Source: Octopus bimaculoides
Taxonomy: Eukaryota
Length of the DNA: 64,000 nucleotides
Reading direction: 5' to 3'
NCBI RefSeq assembly: GCF_001194135.2
Contig: NC_068981.1
Location: 144,242,171-144,306,170 of the forward strand
Positions 1 to 13,701 of this stretch are shown in pieces (positions within the stretch are counted from its first letter, which is position 1; each line of letters starts with the position of its first letter). A model generated the notes under the pieces. It was not told the origin of the DNA. It worked only from the letters and a program-made list of their open reading frames with translations, and made no database searches. The position numbers and the translations under genes are program-made.

Positions 1-299
1 TAGACAATATTAATGTAACCAAGTTCACCAATAATTATTTGTATAAATATGAATTTATAATCAGAATAGACCAGCTGCAGATTTCAAAGTAGTTGTCCAT
101 ATATTTTCTCCTTGCTGAATTTGGAAGAGATTTTCATATCTACAAAGCAGCTAACTTCTATGGCTATATATACATTATACACATATACATATATATACAC
201 ACATATACATATATATATATGTATATGTGTGTATATATATATGTATATGTGTGTATATATATGTATGTGTGTATAATGTATATATATAGTCATACATAT

Positions 300-912
300 A
301 TCATCATCATCAGCATCATCATCATACATCTGTTTTCCATGCTGGCATGGGTTGGACGGTTTGACAGAACTAGTAAGCTAGGGAGGTGCACCAGGTTCCG
401 ATCTGATTTGACATGGTTTTTACTGTTGGATGCCCTTCCTAACAGCAACCACTCTAAGAGTGTAGCAGGTGCTTTTTACATGCCACCAGCATGGGTACCA
501 GATACATGACACTGGGCATCAGCCAATACTATGATTTCACTTGGTTTGACAGGTCTTCTCAAACACAGCATATTGCCCAACGTTCAAAGGGTGTTTTTTA
601 TGTGCTAGGATCTCACTTGGCTTGACAGGTTTTCTCAAGCATGACATATCGCCAAAGGTCTCAGTCACTTGTCATTGCCTTTGAGAGGCCCAACATTTGA
701 AGATCATGTTTCCCCACCTCAATCCATGTCTTCCTGGATCTATCTCTTCCACAGGTTCCCTCCATTGTTAGAGTGTGACACTTCTTCACACAGCTGTCCT
801 CCTCCATGCCCATCACATGACCATACCAGTGCAGTTGTCTCTCTTGTACACCACATCTGATGTCTCTTATGCCCAACTTTTCTCTCAGGGTGCTTACACA
901 CACTCTCTCTCA
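300..912 (-). mobile_element. 5'-truncated RTE LINE 3' end (ORF C-terminus, 3' UTR, (ATG)n tail)
   Basis: ORF 661-903 has RQLHWYGHV...GTCGRDRSRKTW, typical of RTE C-termini. (CAT)n tail at about 300-328. Similar 3'-end copies occur at about 913-1110, 3512-3715, 8022-8330, 12676-13075, 15750-15795 (minus) and 15040-15200, 27075-27180 (plus). Confidence 0.7.
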
Positions 913-1930
913 CTCATCATCATCATCATCATCATCATCATCGTTTAACGTCCGTTTTCCATTCTGGCATGGGTTGGACGGTTTGATCTGGCAATGTTTC
1001 TACAGCTGGATGCTCTTCCTAATGCCAACCACTCCAAGAGTGTAGTGGGTGCTTTTTGCGTGCCACCAGCATGGGAGCCAGTCAGGCGGCACTGGCATCA
1101 ACCACTGGCTTAGAAGATCTTCCAAGGGAAACCAGTCTTAAATTCCTCTGTTATAGCCTGAAGAACTATGATAAACAAGAAATGGCTATATATATATATA
1201 TATACATGCTGATATTGGGCTGTGAAAATGAGTTTCCAATGCCACATTGATGGATAAATATTCTTTATTTTTTGGATAACACACCATGTGGCAAGCTTGA
1301 TAGTTGCTGAGAATTCTAAACCTGAAACTAATGGTAACCTTGTTAACCGACAAACAATGTATGTGTGTGTGTGTGTGTGTGTGTTCAGAGAGAGAGAAGG
1401 AGAGAAAAGAAAGAATTGATTCTTCCACCAGTACATGACTGTCTCTATTTGTCAGCCCTTGAAGAAAAAAAGACCAAGTTGATTTCAACATGATTTGAAC
1501 TTGGAGTGCAGAGTCAGAGCAAATACCACTAGATATTGCATGTTAAGCTCTAATGACTGCCAATTTGCCACCTTATCCATCTGGAGCAAACCATATTTCT
1601 TTTCCAACCTATTTCCTCATATGCTATTAACATTCACAATATATTAATGTGAGAAATGTCAAACTGTATAATACAGTAAAGCAGTGACCTGGAGAATTAC
1701 ATTCTGCCAATTATCAGATGAAATGCTTTCAACTATGAATTTGGTTAATAATGCCTTTGGGCATTAATGTTTAGTCTAGCCACTGAAAAATTCTAGAATG
1801 TACAAATGATTTTTTTTTTTTTTTTTTTGCTTTTCATTGTCTTTTACCAGTTTTGTTGCTATTTTTATGTTAAGAAAACATTAATTTAATATTTGGTGTT
1901 GTTGAAAGTATTTCTTGCCANNNNNNNNNN

Positions 1931-1979
<49 letters not shown>

Positions 1980-2417
1980 GAATAAAGAAATGGAGAAAAT
2001 TATTGTTTTACTTTAAATGACATAAGAATAGTTTGCGTTATTGTAACCCATGGTCACTTGTAACTGATTAAACTTATTATTAATAGCATACCTGCTATGA
2101 CAATCTCGTCTTCCCAGGCATTGTATATCTATTTCTACACTTTACAGTATGCCCTGCCTCTTTTAAGATGCTAGAGTGTCATTTGAAGGTGATCTGGTTG
2201 CAATTTCTAGCAGATCAAGCGACCACATTGTGACTCCTTCAAAAATTGAGTGATAAAATACTGGAACTTTAGCTTGTGATAGATTGGAAGATGGATAGAT
2301 GAGAAGGAGAATGAGATGACTAAAGACAAATGAAGTACGGTTGTTTTTTGGAGATACTGTGGTTGCCTCATTTCACGAGTATATAATATATATGAATATC
2401 TTTATTTAACATTTCAG

Positions 2418-2488
2418 TTTGAAACTGAAGGAAGCAGTGGTCTCATTCTTGCCTTATACTCAGTAATCTTATCACGGTCCGTGCAAAA
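2418..2488 (+). CDS. MINDY4: MINDY4/FAM188B-like deubiquitinase, internal coding exon (first in window): FETEGSSGLILALYSVILSRSVQ+AA
   Basis: tttcAG acceptor at 2416-2417 and GTAAGT donor at 2489. The 71-nt exon ends in phase 2, matching the next exon. Peptide resembles the recalled MINDY4 segment FE.GPYGCILL..SAILSRS. Confidence 0.85.
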
Positions 2489-2599
2489 GTAAGTGTACTT
2501 TACTTTTTATGAAGCTCTGTCTAAATGACTACTTACATGATTAAGACACTGAATTAATTACCACAAGATAAGGGGTCCATAATTGAACTTTATGTTACA

Positions 2600-3480
2600 T
2601 TTATTGTTGTTCTTGTTTTTATAGCTTCGTCAAAGGAAGAAGGCAACACTCAGTATTATTCTTACAGGATCTTCAAGATTGGCATAAAAGGAGTAAGGTC
2701 TCGAGACCACTAAATCATTCAAGGGTCAAGTGTTGGTTTATTTTTAACCAGGCAACAAATTAAGTCTACTGTCCACTAGCACAATAGCCATTTTGTTTTT
2801 TTTACTTGCTGGGTCCTTGGGAAAGGGTAGTGCCCTTGGTTTTTGCAAGCACTCCTTAACAGGCAAGAATGATGGCATTGATGTTCCTTCTGGACTATTG
2901 CAAGTCAACACTTGTGAGTGAGAAAGTACTGAACAGGGAGGGCTAGCTTTTTAGGAAAGGATTAGATGTAGGGATTAGTACAAGGCTTGGAGGATGAACA
3001 CAGCAAGGACAAGTGACAAAGGCTTAGAAGATGAACTTAGCAAAGACAACAAGTGACAAATGGATCAGGAATATGTGAGAAAAAGTAGCATGAGCTCAAC
3101 CAGTTCTGAGAAGCAGAGGCCATTACAAGAGTAGTAGTAGAAAAGGCAAAGAATAGATAACAGGTACTTGTGGCCAGAAGCTGGAGTATGTCTGTAACTT
3201 TATGCCAATTAGTCAGGTGGTGCTTTTCTGGATGCAGTCTAGGGAGTTTGTGCATGCATCAGCAGCACCATCTCAGATGCTGGAGTCATACTTCATTGTG
3301 GACTTCACCCAAACTTTGTAGTGTGTCACTTGTAGGGAACTGAAGTATCTTCTAGCCCAGATGATTTGGGTCAGTTGTTGGGATGCAGTCCTAGGTGTGT
3401 TAAGGATGTGCTTTTGTCAGGAGAGATCCTCACTACTGAGGTCCAACATTTAGAGAGCAATTATAAGGGCTTTAGTTAGC
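2600..3480 (-). mobile_element. Decayed Jockey/CR1-like LINE 3' portion; related fragment at about 6500-6790
   Basis: Minus strand reads YKVWVKSTMKYDSSI*DGA...LDCIQK, resembling the YK..VRP.MEY.S.IW motif after the RT domain. Confidence 0.5.
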
Positions 3481-5189
3481 TGCTACTCTTCTCATTTAAT
3501 TTCTTATCTCTTCATCATCATCATCATCATCATGATTATCATTTAACGTGTGTTTCTCGTGGACTGGACAGTTTGACAGGAGCTGGAAAGCCTGAGTAAT
3601 GCAGCAAACTCTAGTGTGTCTACCTTGGTATAGTTTCTACAGCTGGATGCTCTTCCTAACGTTAGCCACTATATTGAGTGTACTGCGAGCTTTTTACATG
3701 GTGCTACTATTTTTTACAATGTGCTTTTAATGTAGAGTCAGTAAAATTGCCTGTAACATAAATGAAATTCATGATTTTGGGAATATCTGTATACTGCAGA
3801 GAGAAGATGGATCTCTGTGTAAGAGAGGAAAAATATTTCTCAATAGTTGAATAATTTCTTTCTTCTCAGGTGATGAGTCTTGAAACATTAGCTTCTCTCT
3901 TCTTGTTGCTATGATCTTATCCAAATTTATCCAAGCTCATGACTTTCATTGTATAATGTTTGCCAATACAGTTTATTGCCAGTTTCCTTACGCTGTGTTT
4001 TATACTTGTAATATAATATGCTCCCATACTTCCTTGCAGATGTTTGGACTTCTTTCTAAGTAAGCTAACAGAAATGATAAAATAAGATAATTTAGAGACA
4101 GTGCCTCTACAAGAAAAATAATAATTTAGTGTTAGTATAATTAATACCAGGATAATTAAAAAGCTAACCAGAAATAGTTGAGAAACAATGAGCAATGTTA
4201 ATCAATGATTAATATTATTTTTCTAGAACAAGGCGGTGAATTGGCAGAATCTTTAGCATGCCAGGCAAAGTACTTCAGTGGTATTTTGTCTGTCTTTATG
4301 TTCTGTGTTCAAATTCCTTCAAGGTTGACTTTGCATTTCATCCTTTCAGGTTCGAGAAAATAAGCACCAGTTGAGCACAAGGGTCAATGTAAATGGCTTA
4401 CCCACTACCTCAAACTAACTGGCTTTGTGCCAAAAGTTGAAACCATCATTAATATTATTCTTTTCTACTCTAGGCACAAGGCCCGAAATTTTTGGGGAGG
4501 GGTGGGGAACAGTCGATTAGATCGAGCCCAGTATGCAACTGGTACTTAATTTATCGACACCGAAAGGATGAAAGGCAAAATTGACCTTGGTGGAATTTGA
4601 ACTCGGAACATAAAGACAGACGAAATACCACTAAGCATTTCGCCTGGCATGCTAACATTTCTGCCAGCTCACTGACTTGCTGGCATTATTATTATTCTTT
4701 TCTACTCTAGGCACAAGGCCTGAAATTTGGGGGGAGGGGCCAGTCAATTAGATCGACCCCAGTATGCAACTGATACTTAATTTAACGCCCTCAAAAGGAT
4801 GAAAGGCAAAGTCGACCTCTAAGTCCAGCAGAGTCACTGTGAATTAAAATGTGTTTCTTAAAAAAATATATATTACTTGTAAAAGAAGCTAAATTCATTG
4901 ATTTTTGGGAATGTCAGCGTTGGCAAAGATTATTTAATGAAGTTTACAAATTTTGATAAGTTTGAGATGGGAATCTTGCCATTTAGAATAAGCTTATTTG
5001 TTGGAGAAGGCAAAGTATCCTTTTTTATTTTGTTCTCTCTCTGACAAAGGGTTTCACTTGAAGCATTCGAGACTTGCTTCGCATCATAGCATAGAAATTT
5101 ATCCAAATCTCTTATGTTCACCATTTGATTGTGTTGTTTGTTTGCTCTTCACTAATGATGCTATTGTGATTATGTCTTCCTTTGTGCAG

Positions 5190-5253
5190 GATACGTAGTG
5201 AAATGGATGAACCGAACAGCAAACTCATGGGTTCTTATGGCTATTGCTCACAG
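5190..5253 (+). CDS. MINDY4: MINDY4-like coding exon: (K)IRSEMDEPNSKLMGSYGYCSQ
   Basis: tgtgcAG acceptor and GT donor at 5254; 64 nt, phase 2 to 0. Matches recalled MINDY4 [21 protein letters not shown]. Confidence 0.92.
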
Positions 5254-7029
5254 GTACAGAAACATTTTATGTGTAGCTCTCTTGGAATGGTAAATAGCAC
5301 TGGTGAGTGAGAGCACTACTACAACTACTAACACTGCTCTTCCCACTGCTACCATTTACGCTATTACTAATATTACTACTACTAATCCTATTAACACCAC
5401 TTTTGTTACCATCACTACCAATCTCTGCCGCTGCAACCACCATTAACATTTCTATTACTATCACTATAATCTCTGCTAAGTGAATGTTACCATTTACCCA
5501 TCTCTACTACTTCTCCTCCTCCTCCTTATCCTCTTCCTTATCCTTATCCTCCTCCTCCNNNNNNNNNNNNNNNNNNNNNNNNNNNNNNNNNNNNNNNNNN
5601 NNNNNNNNNNNNNNNNNNNNNNNNNNNNNNNNNNNNNNNNNNNNNNNNNNNNNNNNNNNNNNNNNNNNNNNNNNNNNNNNNNNNNNNNNNNNNNNNNNNN
5701 NNNNNNNNNNNNNNNNNNNNNNNNNNNNNNNNNNNNNNNNNNNNNNNNNNNNNNNNNNNNNNNNNNNNNNNNNNTCCTCCTCCTCCTACTCTACTACTGC
5801 TACTGCTACTGCTGCTGCTGCCGCCACTACTAACAAAACCACTTTCATCATAACATCCCCAAAGGTATTTGCCCCCTCTCCCCCAGTGATTGCTATTGTA
5901 GCTGTTCTTATTAACACTGTTGTGATACTGGGGAATTGAATGTTTGGGTTTGCTTATACCACTTTGCTTGTCATAATATCTGTTAATTCACCACCAAAGC
6001 CATCCCTTAATTGTAGTCAGGCCTTGTGGAATGAAAGCAGTTTTGTCTCTTTGTTTCTTTGTTTGTTTTAATGCTATAATATGAAGATATTGCACCTGTG
6101 AGGTGTCATCTGTTGCAAATAACTAGCTGCTTTTATTATTGCTTTTACTTTTACTACTTCAACCACCTTCTTTACTTCAGCCAATTAAAAAGCTTCTATA
6201 CTGTAACTGACCTGCTAGAAATATCAGTACAAGACTATCAAATGATATTCTATCATCCTTCAAATGAACACAAGTGATAGTGCACTGCTAGACATATAGT
6301 GTCTAGAAAAAGAAGTGAAAGTGAAAGTTAGAATGTGTCTTTTTGAAATAAGCTGTGCCATGGGTTTTGTAGGTCCTCTCCAGCTAGTGATCAGTTTTTC
6401 TGACAAGGGTATGTTAGTGGTGTCTATGTTCTGTACAGGACTTCCCTTGTTGGTGAGATTGATTCTGTTGATGTTCAGATTAAACATCTAAATGTCAGTG
6501 GCTATTGTTAAAAGACAAGAAAAACTTGAGCCGGCTGGTAACTCTAGGAGATTGCAGTATTTTGGGAGAGAAAAGCTGGGCAAAGTGTTTTGTTTGTTGG
6601 ATCTTAGAGACAGGCATAAGGAAGAGAAAAGGAAGATATTGAGCTTGAGTGGATAGAGGTATGCAGCTAAATAGTTCAGGAGTACAGAGGCCATTGTGGT
6701 AACGATAGAAGATGCAGAAAGAAGGAATAGCATATCTGTGAGCTTGTGGTTAAAGGATGCTGGTAGGTGAACTGCTGCTGACACAAATACCTAGAAATAG
6801 TAACTTAATTTTCCAGAAAACACATTGCCATATTAAAAAAATGAAGGAAGGACAGGGATAATGGATTTAAAAATGTGCTGTCTTTGAGAAAAAGCTGAAT
6901 GTTCACAACTAGAACTCCTTTGGTTACAAGCCTGATGATCTGAGCTGACTTGGAGTTAACAACAACACCATCTATCTCCTCCCCGTATAACAATAACAAC
7001 AAGAACAGTGTTATGATGTGATGAAGTAG

Positions 7030-7440
7030 CTTCTACATAGTTGTACCATTGACTGGAAACTAACCAAATTTACCTCAGATAATGCTCAAATATCTTGAAT
7101 AAAAAGCAAGAACACATTAAGCAATGCAGTCTTAGATAACCCTACCAAAGCAGGTTAGTCACAGCTGAAATATCTTTGATCATAGCTCTACTCGAACAAG
7201 GCTGACCGAGGGTTAAACAATTATTTCAAAGTCTCTGTGGTGTTTATGACCTGCTAGAAATAGTAGCCAAATCTCTTTCAAATTACAGACTACTGTTTTG
7301 AAAAGTGTACATTTTAGATTGGATACTGTATCTTTGATAGAAATGCAATTGCTGAGAAAATAATAGGATGGTCATGTTTGGAATGTATTTGATCATAGGT
7401 TTGCTTAATCAGGAGTGCAAACCTGGAACTAAACAAAAAC
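7030..7440. mobile_element. Unclassified dispersed repeat family (ctgctagaaatagcagccaaatctc / tgatcataggtctgcttgatcaggg motifs)
   Basis: The same motifs recur at about 2085-2230, 17950-17990, 28060-28230, 37795-37990, 50040-50220, 51380-51460, 52190-52330 and 59530-59630. Confidence 0.55.
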
Positions 7441-7524
7441 AACAATAAAAACAACATCACTAGTATTCTAGGACATTGTGTAACAGTGTATTGTATTTTA
7501 TATTATTTGTTAAATTCATTTCAG

Positions 7525-7686
7525 GAGGTTGTGAACCTTTTTGTTACTGGAAATGCTGTATCCAATGTATTTGACAACAAGATGGAACTGGATTCTGGCA
7601 CAGAGAATGTAACAGTGCTAAGAGGTATCCAGCACCCGAGTGATATTGGGTTCCTGTCATTGTTTGAGCATTACAACAACACCAAG
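7525..7686 (+). CDS. MINDY4: MINDY4-like coding exon: EVVNLFVTGNAVSNVFDNKMELDSGTENVTVLRGIQHPSDIGFLSLFEHYNNTK
   Basis: tttcAG acceptor and GTAAGA donor; 162 nt, phase 0 to 0. Strong match to MINDY4 ELVNLLLTGKAVSNVF...SDIGFLSLFEHYN. Confidence 0.96.
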
Positions 7687-8479
7687 GTAAGAGATTTTGT
7701 TTACACATTTTCATTACATTTGTATCTGTGGTGTATGCGTGTGAGTAGAAGTAATCAGCTTACCTCGTTTGCCTTCCTTTGCACGAGTCTGTCCTGCGGT
7801 ATCCGATCCTCACGGCTGGTCCGACCCGAAGAACGCTAGAAATAGCAGCTGCTTCTCCCCACACCTAGACGATCGCTTGGCACGTCCTCTCGTCCCAACA
7901 ACCCTGTTCGAAAAGGGCATGAAATCCTGATCGAGGCTCCCTCTGCCCTTCTTCCTCTTCTGGTCAGCTCGCCGTTCCGGTCAGCGGTCAGCTCCCCAGT
8001 TGCTGACGTCATACCACAGTATCATTATCATCATCATCATCATCATTTAACATCCATTTTCCATGGATTAGACGGTTTGACTAGAGCTGGTAAGCTGGTA
8101 AGCTGCATCAGGCTCCAGTCTGTTTTGGCTTGTTTTCTATGGCCAGATGCCCTTCCTAACACCAGCCACACCACAGAGTGTACTAGGTGCCTTTTATGTG
8201 TCACCAGCACAGCTAAGGTTTATGTATCATAGGCACCGGCCACAACCATGATTTCATTTAGCTTCATATGTTTTCTCAAGCACAGTAAATCGCCAAAAGT
8301 CTTGGTCGCTTGTCATCACCTCCATGACAAGTGATCCTATAATGCTTATTGTTTATAGTTCTTGATTGTTTAACTTTATACTCTCCTGGGGAAAAAAAAC
8401 TTTCATTTTGGCTGAGATCTGAAGATTCTTTATACATGACCAACATTATTGCACACAGGCAGTCATAATCTATGTCAGT

Positions 8480-11400
8480 TGTTGAAGAATTATTGATGTT
8501 GGCAAGCCAGTATTTGCTGCCCACCTCATCTTGCATCTTTGATTTTCCATCTCATCTGCCTATTGTTGATTCTACTGTCTTTTGTCCATCACTCCTAAGT
8601 CCTCCATCTCTCATTTTCCACCACTTATACTGATCAAATTGCTCTCATCACTCTGAGTCCATCGCTCTTCACTAGGTTTATGTATCATTTTATATCATCT
8701 CCTTTATCAATACACTCTAAGTTTCCCCTTCTGTACAGCAGGTTATCACACTCTCTTTTTGTCACTTCTATTGCCACTCATTTATCTTGTTGCCCATTCT
8801 TACTTTTGTCCACTTCTGCTTTTACAAATCACTCCCCGCCACAAACGAACTCCTCAAGTAACCCTGCTGGTTTTTGTAGTCATATTTCTTGATGTTAGTA
8901 TTTTTGGCAGTTATTTTTTTTTTATCAAATGATCTTCCTGCTTTGTCAATCTTTCATTTGATTTCTACTTCACATTTTCTGTCTTCTGATAGCATACATC
9001 TCAGCTTTATTATCTTTAGTGACAGTTCAACAGGCTTTGCTTCAATTGTAATATTTACATCTGATTGCATGTATTTCTGATATATTATCTTTAGTGTCAG
9101 TTCGACAGGCTTTCCCTCAATCTTAATATTTATCATTGGTATTTATTGTTGCTTGCTGATTACCATCGATTTTGTTTTCTTTACATTAATTTCTGTTCCA
9201 TAGAGCATTCTTTTGTCATTAAAGTGGTTATAAGGTTCTGTTGAAACTTAATAAGACAATTTATCCTGCATATATAAAGTTGTTGATGTCCATACCTTCT
9301 ATTGATGCTCCTGCCATGAACTCTAACATCCCTGAAGCTCTTTTCAGTGTAGATATTAAATAGGTTAGGGGATAATACACAGTCTTGCCTGACTCATTTC
9401 CTATTTTCAAATTCTGAAGTTTTTCTCCAGTCAAGTTTTACCATTGCTGATTGCCCCCAGTACATTTTTGTTATTGTCTGGAAATCATTCTCATTTGTTC
9501 CAAATGCTGATATATGAGGTCTGAACAAAAAGTATTGGGACTGGTGTTAAAAAAAGGCAACTATAGCACATAGAAATTTGGCATTTAGTCTCCTTTGAAG
9601 TAGACCCCTTCTGAAGCCACACACTTTATCCAGTATCATTTCCATTAAGGGAAGCATTCCTGGAACTCCCATTTTGGGATAGTAAGCAATACCTTGTCAC
9701 ATTCTCTTGGATTTCTTCCACGTCTTGAAATCTTGTTGAATTCTTCCACTGCAAAGACTGAGCCTTGGTTTCTGGGTGATAGACCTATGATTCATCACTT
9801 GTTATAACCATTTTGAAAAGGTTCCTACACTGCTGAATTCTGATCTTTTTGAAATGACCACACTCAACACATATTACTTCCAAGTACTGCTATAAACAAC
9901 AGAAGTGAATGAGAATGTTATAGATTAATGTGCATGTGCAACAGAGTTCAAGATCAGTCTGTGTCAAACTGCTTTACTGTGTGTACTTTAGCTCTGTTAC
10001 CATAACAACAGTCCTGGTACTTTTTGATCGTACCTCATTTCTGTATGTTTTACCTTGTTAAATGCTTAGTTTACTCTATAGAACATTTATATAAAACATT
10101 TATATCTAGAGCTCTTTCACATTTAATTGTTAGATTAGATATTCCTTCATGAGTTCCCTTTCCCAGTCTGAGAACCACTCAGCAGTTGACTTATTTCATC
10201 ATTTATTCTTGCTGTAAATTGGATAACCTATAGTAGTAAGGCTAATGAGTCAGTTGTTATGTGGCCACTTTCATATAATCAAAAAGTTCACCCTGGGCCA
10301 TGGTCTCATTAGGCCAATTTCATGGATTCTGTCATGTACATATTCTACCCACTGGATGGGACACCAGTCTGTTGCAGTATTACTCATTTTTGCCAGCTGA
10401 ATGGCAGCATGAAATGAACTGTTTTGCTAGTTCAGGAATCAAAACATTAGTCTTATATACAAGAGTGCAACACCCTAACCACTAAACCATGCACCTCAAC
10501 ACTTTCATATATTACATAAGTCTTTTATTAGATCTAAGTTGATTTTAGCCAGTACTTTTAATACTGTTACTGGTATTTTTGTCTGTCCTTATTGACAATC
10601 CATATTTCACTTTACTTTATTGCCCTTTCTGCTTTTTTCATTTCAATTAACAGATTCAAAATTTGGCATTGCCAGTCTCTCTTCATTATTGTACAGTTCT
10701 TTTATCTATTCAACTCATCTAGATGCAATCTAGTCATGATCAAACAGTATGTTTCCATTGTTGTCCTTAATGTTATCTCTTAGTCTATTCATCTAGTTCT
10801 CTTTGTGATCTCATTTATCTTATCTTACATTACTTTAGATTTATGTTGTCCATTAAGTTTTTCAGCTACTTGACATTGATCATCCGGCCATTTTGTTTTG
10901 TTTCTCTGCTTTCAGAACAGATCTCTTTATTAGGGTGTTATATCTATCTTGATAATTTTTTCTTGTATTTTTTTCTTCTTTCTATTTTAATAAAATTTCA
11001 TCAATCATCTATTTTTCTGTTTTTTTCCTTTTCACTTATAGGTATCGTTTTCTTTACTAATGTTTACTTGCAAGTTTTAATTTCCCTTCAGTTTATCCTT
11101 TGTTATAGGTTTCTTGTATGTTTTCTTTATGTAAACATTCCTATTTGTTTACATCAGTCTTCTGTTTATATTCTGTCTGATTTACCAAGTTTAAGTTTTA
11201 TTGTTCTCTCTTTTAACTATTTTCATTTTCTTAACTTTCGTTTGTGATTTCTGCTATGACTTAATTATAATGTGAACCTATGTCTGCTCCAGGGTATATT
11301 CTTTAGTAAATTTTGCTTTTACTAAACCATTGGTTTATCAGTACATAGTCCTTTTAATCTTAAGTTATGTCACCTGAACTCTTCCACATGCATACTTTTC

Positions 11401-11575
11401 TTGGTAGTGATGGAATAAAATTTTGGTCTCTGCTAAATTGTTTCTTTGACAAAACATCCATCAGTCACCTACTTCACCTGATCCTTGTAGACCTGTTCTT
11501 TGACAGTGTTTTTTCTGCCAACTTTTGCTTTAAAATTTCTCATAATAATTTTTTTACTCCTTCAAGTGGCTGAAA
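8480..11575 (-). mobile_element. Decayed RTE-clade LINE (APE endonuclease, linker, RT) interrupted by later insertions
   Basis: Minus-strand relic motifs: IIM(RN)FKAKVG...WKSSGD...DYVLI...YPGADIGSH (11270-11575), IKDNNGNILF (about 10760-10785), VRQDCVLSPNLFNIY...INNFIYA (9270-9400), and CEVEIK.KIDKA (about 8940-8975). Confidence 0.7.
9515..10037. mobile_element. Internally deleted mariner-like element (MITE), about 520 bp
   Basis: 29-bp imperfect TIRs TGAGGTCTGAACAAAAAGTATTGGGACTG and rc TGAGGTACGATCAAAAAGTACCAGGACTG, with TA on the left. The minus strand keeps a transposase C-terminus-like WIKCVASEGVYFKGD*. Confidence 0.65.
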
Positions 11576-13701
11576 CCAAGATTACTTCCTAGCTATGGCT
11601 TTAAACGGCATCCAACACTAGAGTTCAAGGTTGGGAAGCCCTAGATATTGAGAAGAAGGCAATTATCTGCTAGCTGACACTATTCTCACTTCTGTTGTGA
11701 TTCAGAACAGTAGCACCTTCAAGGATTTCAGATTAAACTGCATTATTAAATCACTTTAACCAAACATGAGGTCTTATAATGTGGAAGTAGCTAGTAACCA
11801 GGTATGGTCAAACAATGACTGCTACCTTACAGGAGGAATATATGTATATATTTTAAATGTTTCACAGAAACACAACAAGCAGAAAATTTGTAGCTAATTC
11901 CACATCAGTCAATGTCCAAAAGATCTTTACAATTTCATGCCTTTAATGTTGATATTGTTCACTTTTGGTGGTGCCAGCGATGGAAAGCCACTTGGAATAG
12001 CTAATGGACGTACAAGGACCATGACTAGAACAAACACAACAGAGTAAAATAATAATATATATACAATGAAAATTGGCCATATGGCCTCAAGACAAGCAAA
12101 TATGGGGTAACATAAAATTAAATATAAAAATGTCCAATAGAATTGGAAATAAGGAGATGGAAAGAAAGTCAGAATGAAGGATGAAGTAACAGATCTTGTA
12201 GAAAGAGAGTAGGAGCGTGGGAAAAACATGACTGACTGAGTCGGCCTTGGCGGAATCTGAACTCAGAATGTAGCGGCAGATGAAATACTGCTAAGCATTT
12301 CGCTGTTTCCAATGTAATAAGAACATCAAATATTCCTGGTTGATATAGTGCTTTATATTTCTAGTTCCTAAATATAAAAGCTTGTTCCCTAGTTTTCAGA
12401 GGAGCACTATCAGACAGTTACTTACCATTGAATTTAAATCCGTGTAACTTTGATGACAACTGGGAATTTCTATGAAATAACCTGCTTAGGCTACCAGTCA
12501 TGTGGCAGGAGCAATGTTCCAACCAAACCATAGATAACTTGGTGGTGGAATGAGAGAGTCATAGCACAATCGATCCATTACAGAGTAGCCCTTAGTGAAA
12601 TGTAGCTTGGCTTTGTGACTGAATGATATACTACAGATGCAAATCTTCTTAGTGAGGCAAGAGCAGGCGAAATTATCATCATTATCGTTTAATGTCCGCT
12701 TTCCATGCTAGCATGGGTTGGACGATTTGACTGAGGACTGGCGAACCAGATGGCTACACCAGACTCCAATCTGATTTGGCACAGTTTCTACAGCTGGATA
12801 CCCTTCCTAACACCAACCACTCTGAGAGTGTAGTGGGTGCTTTTACGTGCCACCGGCACGAAGGACAGTTATGCGGTACTGGCAACGACCATGCTCAAAA
12901 TAGTGTATTTTACGTGCCACCTGCACAGGAGCCAGTCCAGCGGCACTGGCAACGATCTTGCTCGAATGACTTTTCACAAGCCAGGAACACGAAGCTGCGG
13001 CACAAGTGCCAGGAAGGTGACGCTGGTAACGATCACGCTCGAACAGTGGTGCCAAAATCAAACCACTATTCCTGGCATTCATTTACTTCGAAAGGGCGTA
13101 TGAGAGGGTACCATTTAGTAGTCCCTAAAGAAACTTAACATAGATGAATGGCTTATGAGGGCTATACAAGATATGTACAAAGATGCAGTAAGTGAGATTC
13201 AACAACAATTTCAGTGATGAAATTAGCATGAAGATAGGAACACATCAAGGTTCACTTCTTAGTCTCATTCTGTTTGTCGTAGTCCTATAGGCTATCAGTA
13301 GAGTTTAAGACTAGCTGCGATGGGAACTCCTGCATGCTGATGATCTCTTTCTCAAAGAGTGAATCTGTGGTGGAATTAGAGATTTAATTCCATGCATATA
13401 AACTAAGCCTGGAATTGTGAGGCCTCAAGTTAAAATTAACTGAGGCTAAGGTTTTAGTTGGTAGGAAAGAAAACAGGTAGAATTATTATTTTCAGCTATA
13501 AGTACAGAACCATGTGGCTGTCTGCTTTTGCAACTTTCAGGGGTACAATCAATTAAATCAAGCCAGCTAAAGCATACCTGTGAGTTCAAAAGCTTAAGTA
13601 TTGAGCATTCTCAGAAAAGGAAGTAAAATAAAAAACAGATTTTAGTTTAAAAAATTAGTTTTGATAATTTCTGAAATAAAGGATAATGGTACATATTGAT
13701 A

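Noticed and set aside
1-2417. Search for the preceding MINDY4 exon
   Set aside because: No AG-GT bounded, phase-0-ending open segment resembling the expected peptide was found. It probably lies upstream of the window.
11927-12229. 100-aa hydrophobic minus-strand ORF (...EAIWPIF...MVLVRPLAIPSGFP...) faintly reminiscent of membrane proteins
   Set aside because: No convincing family motif or splice context. Hydrophobicity is expected from the antisense of purine/A-rich DNA. It would need a BLASTP hit or RNA support.
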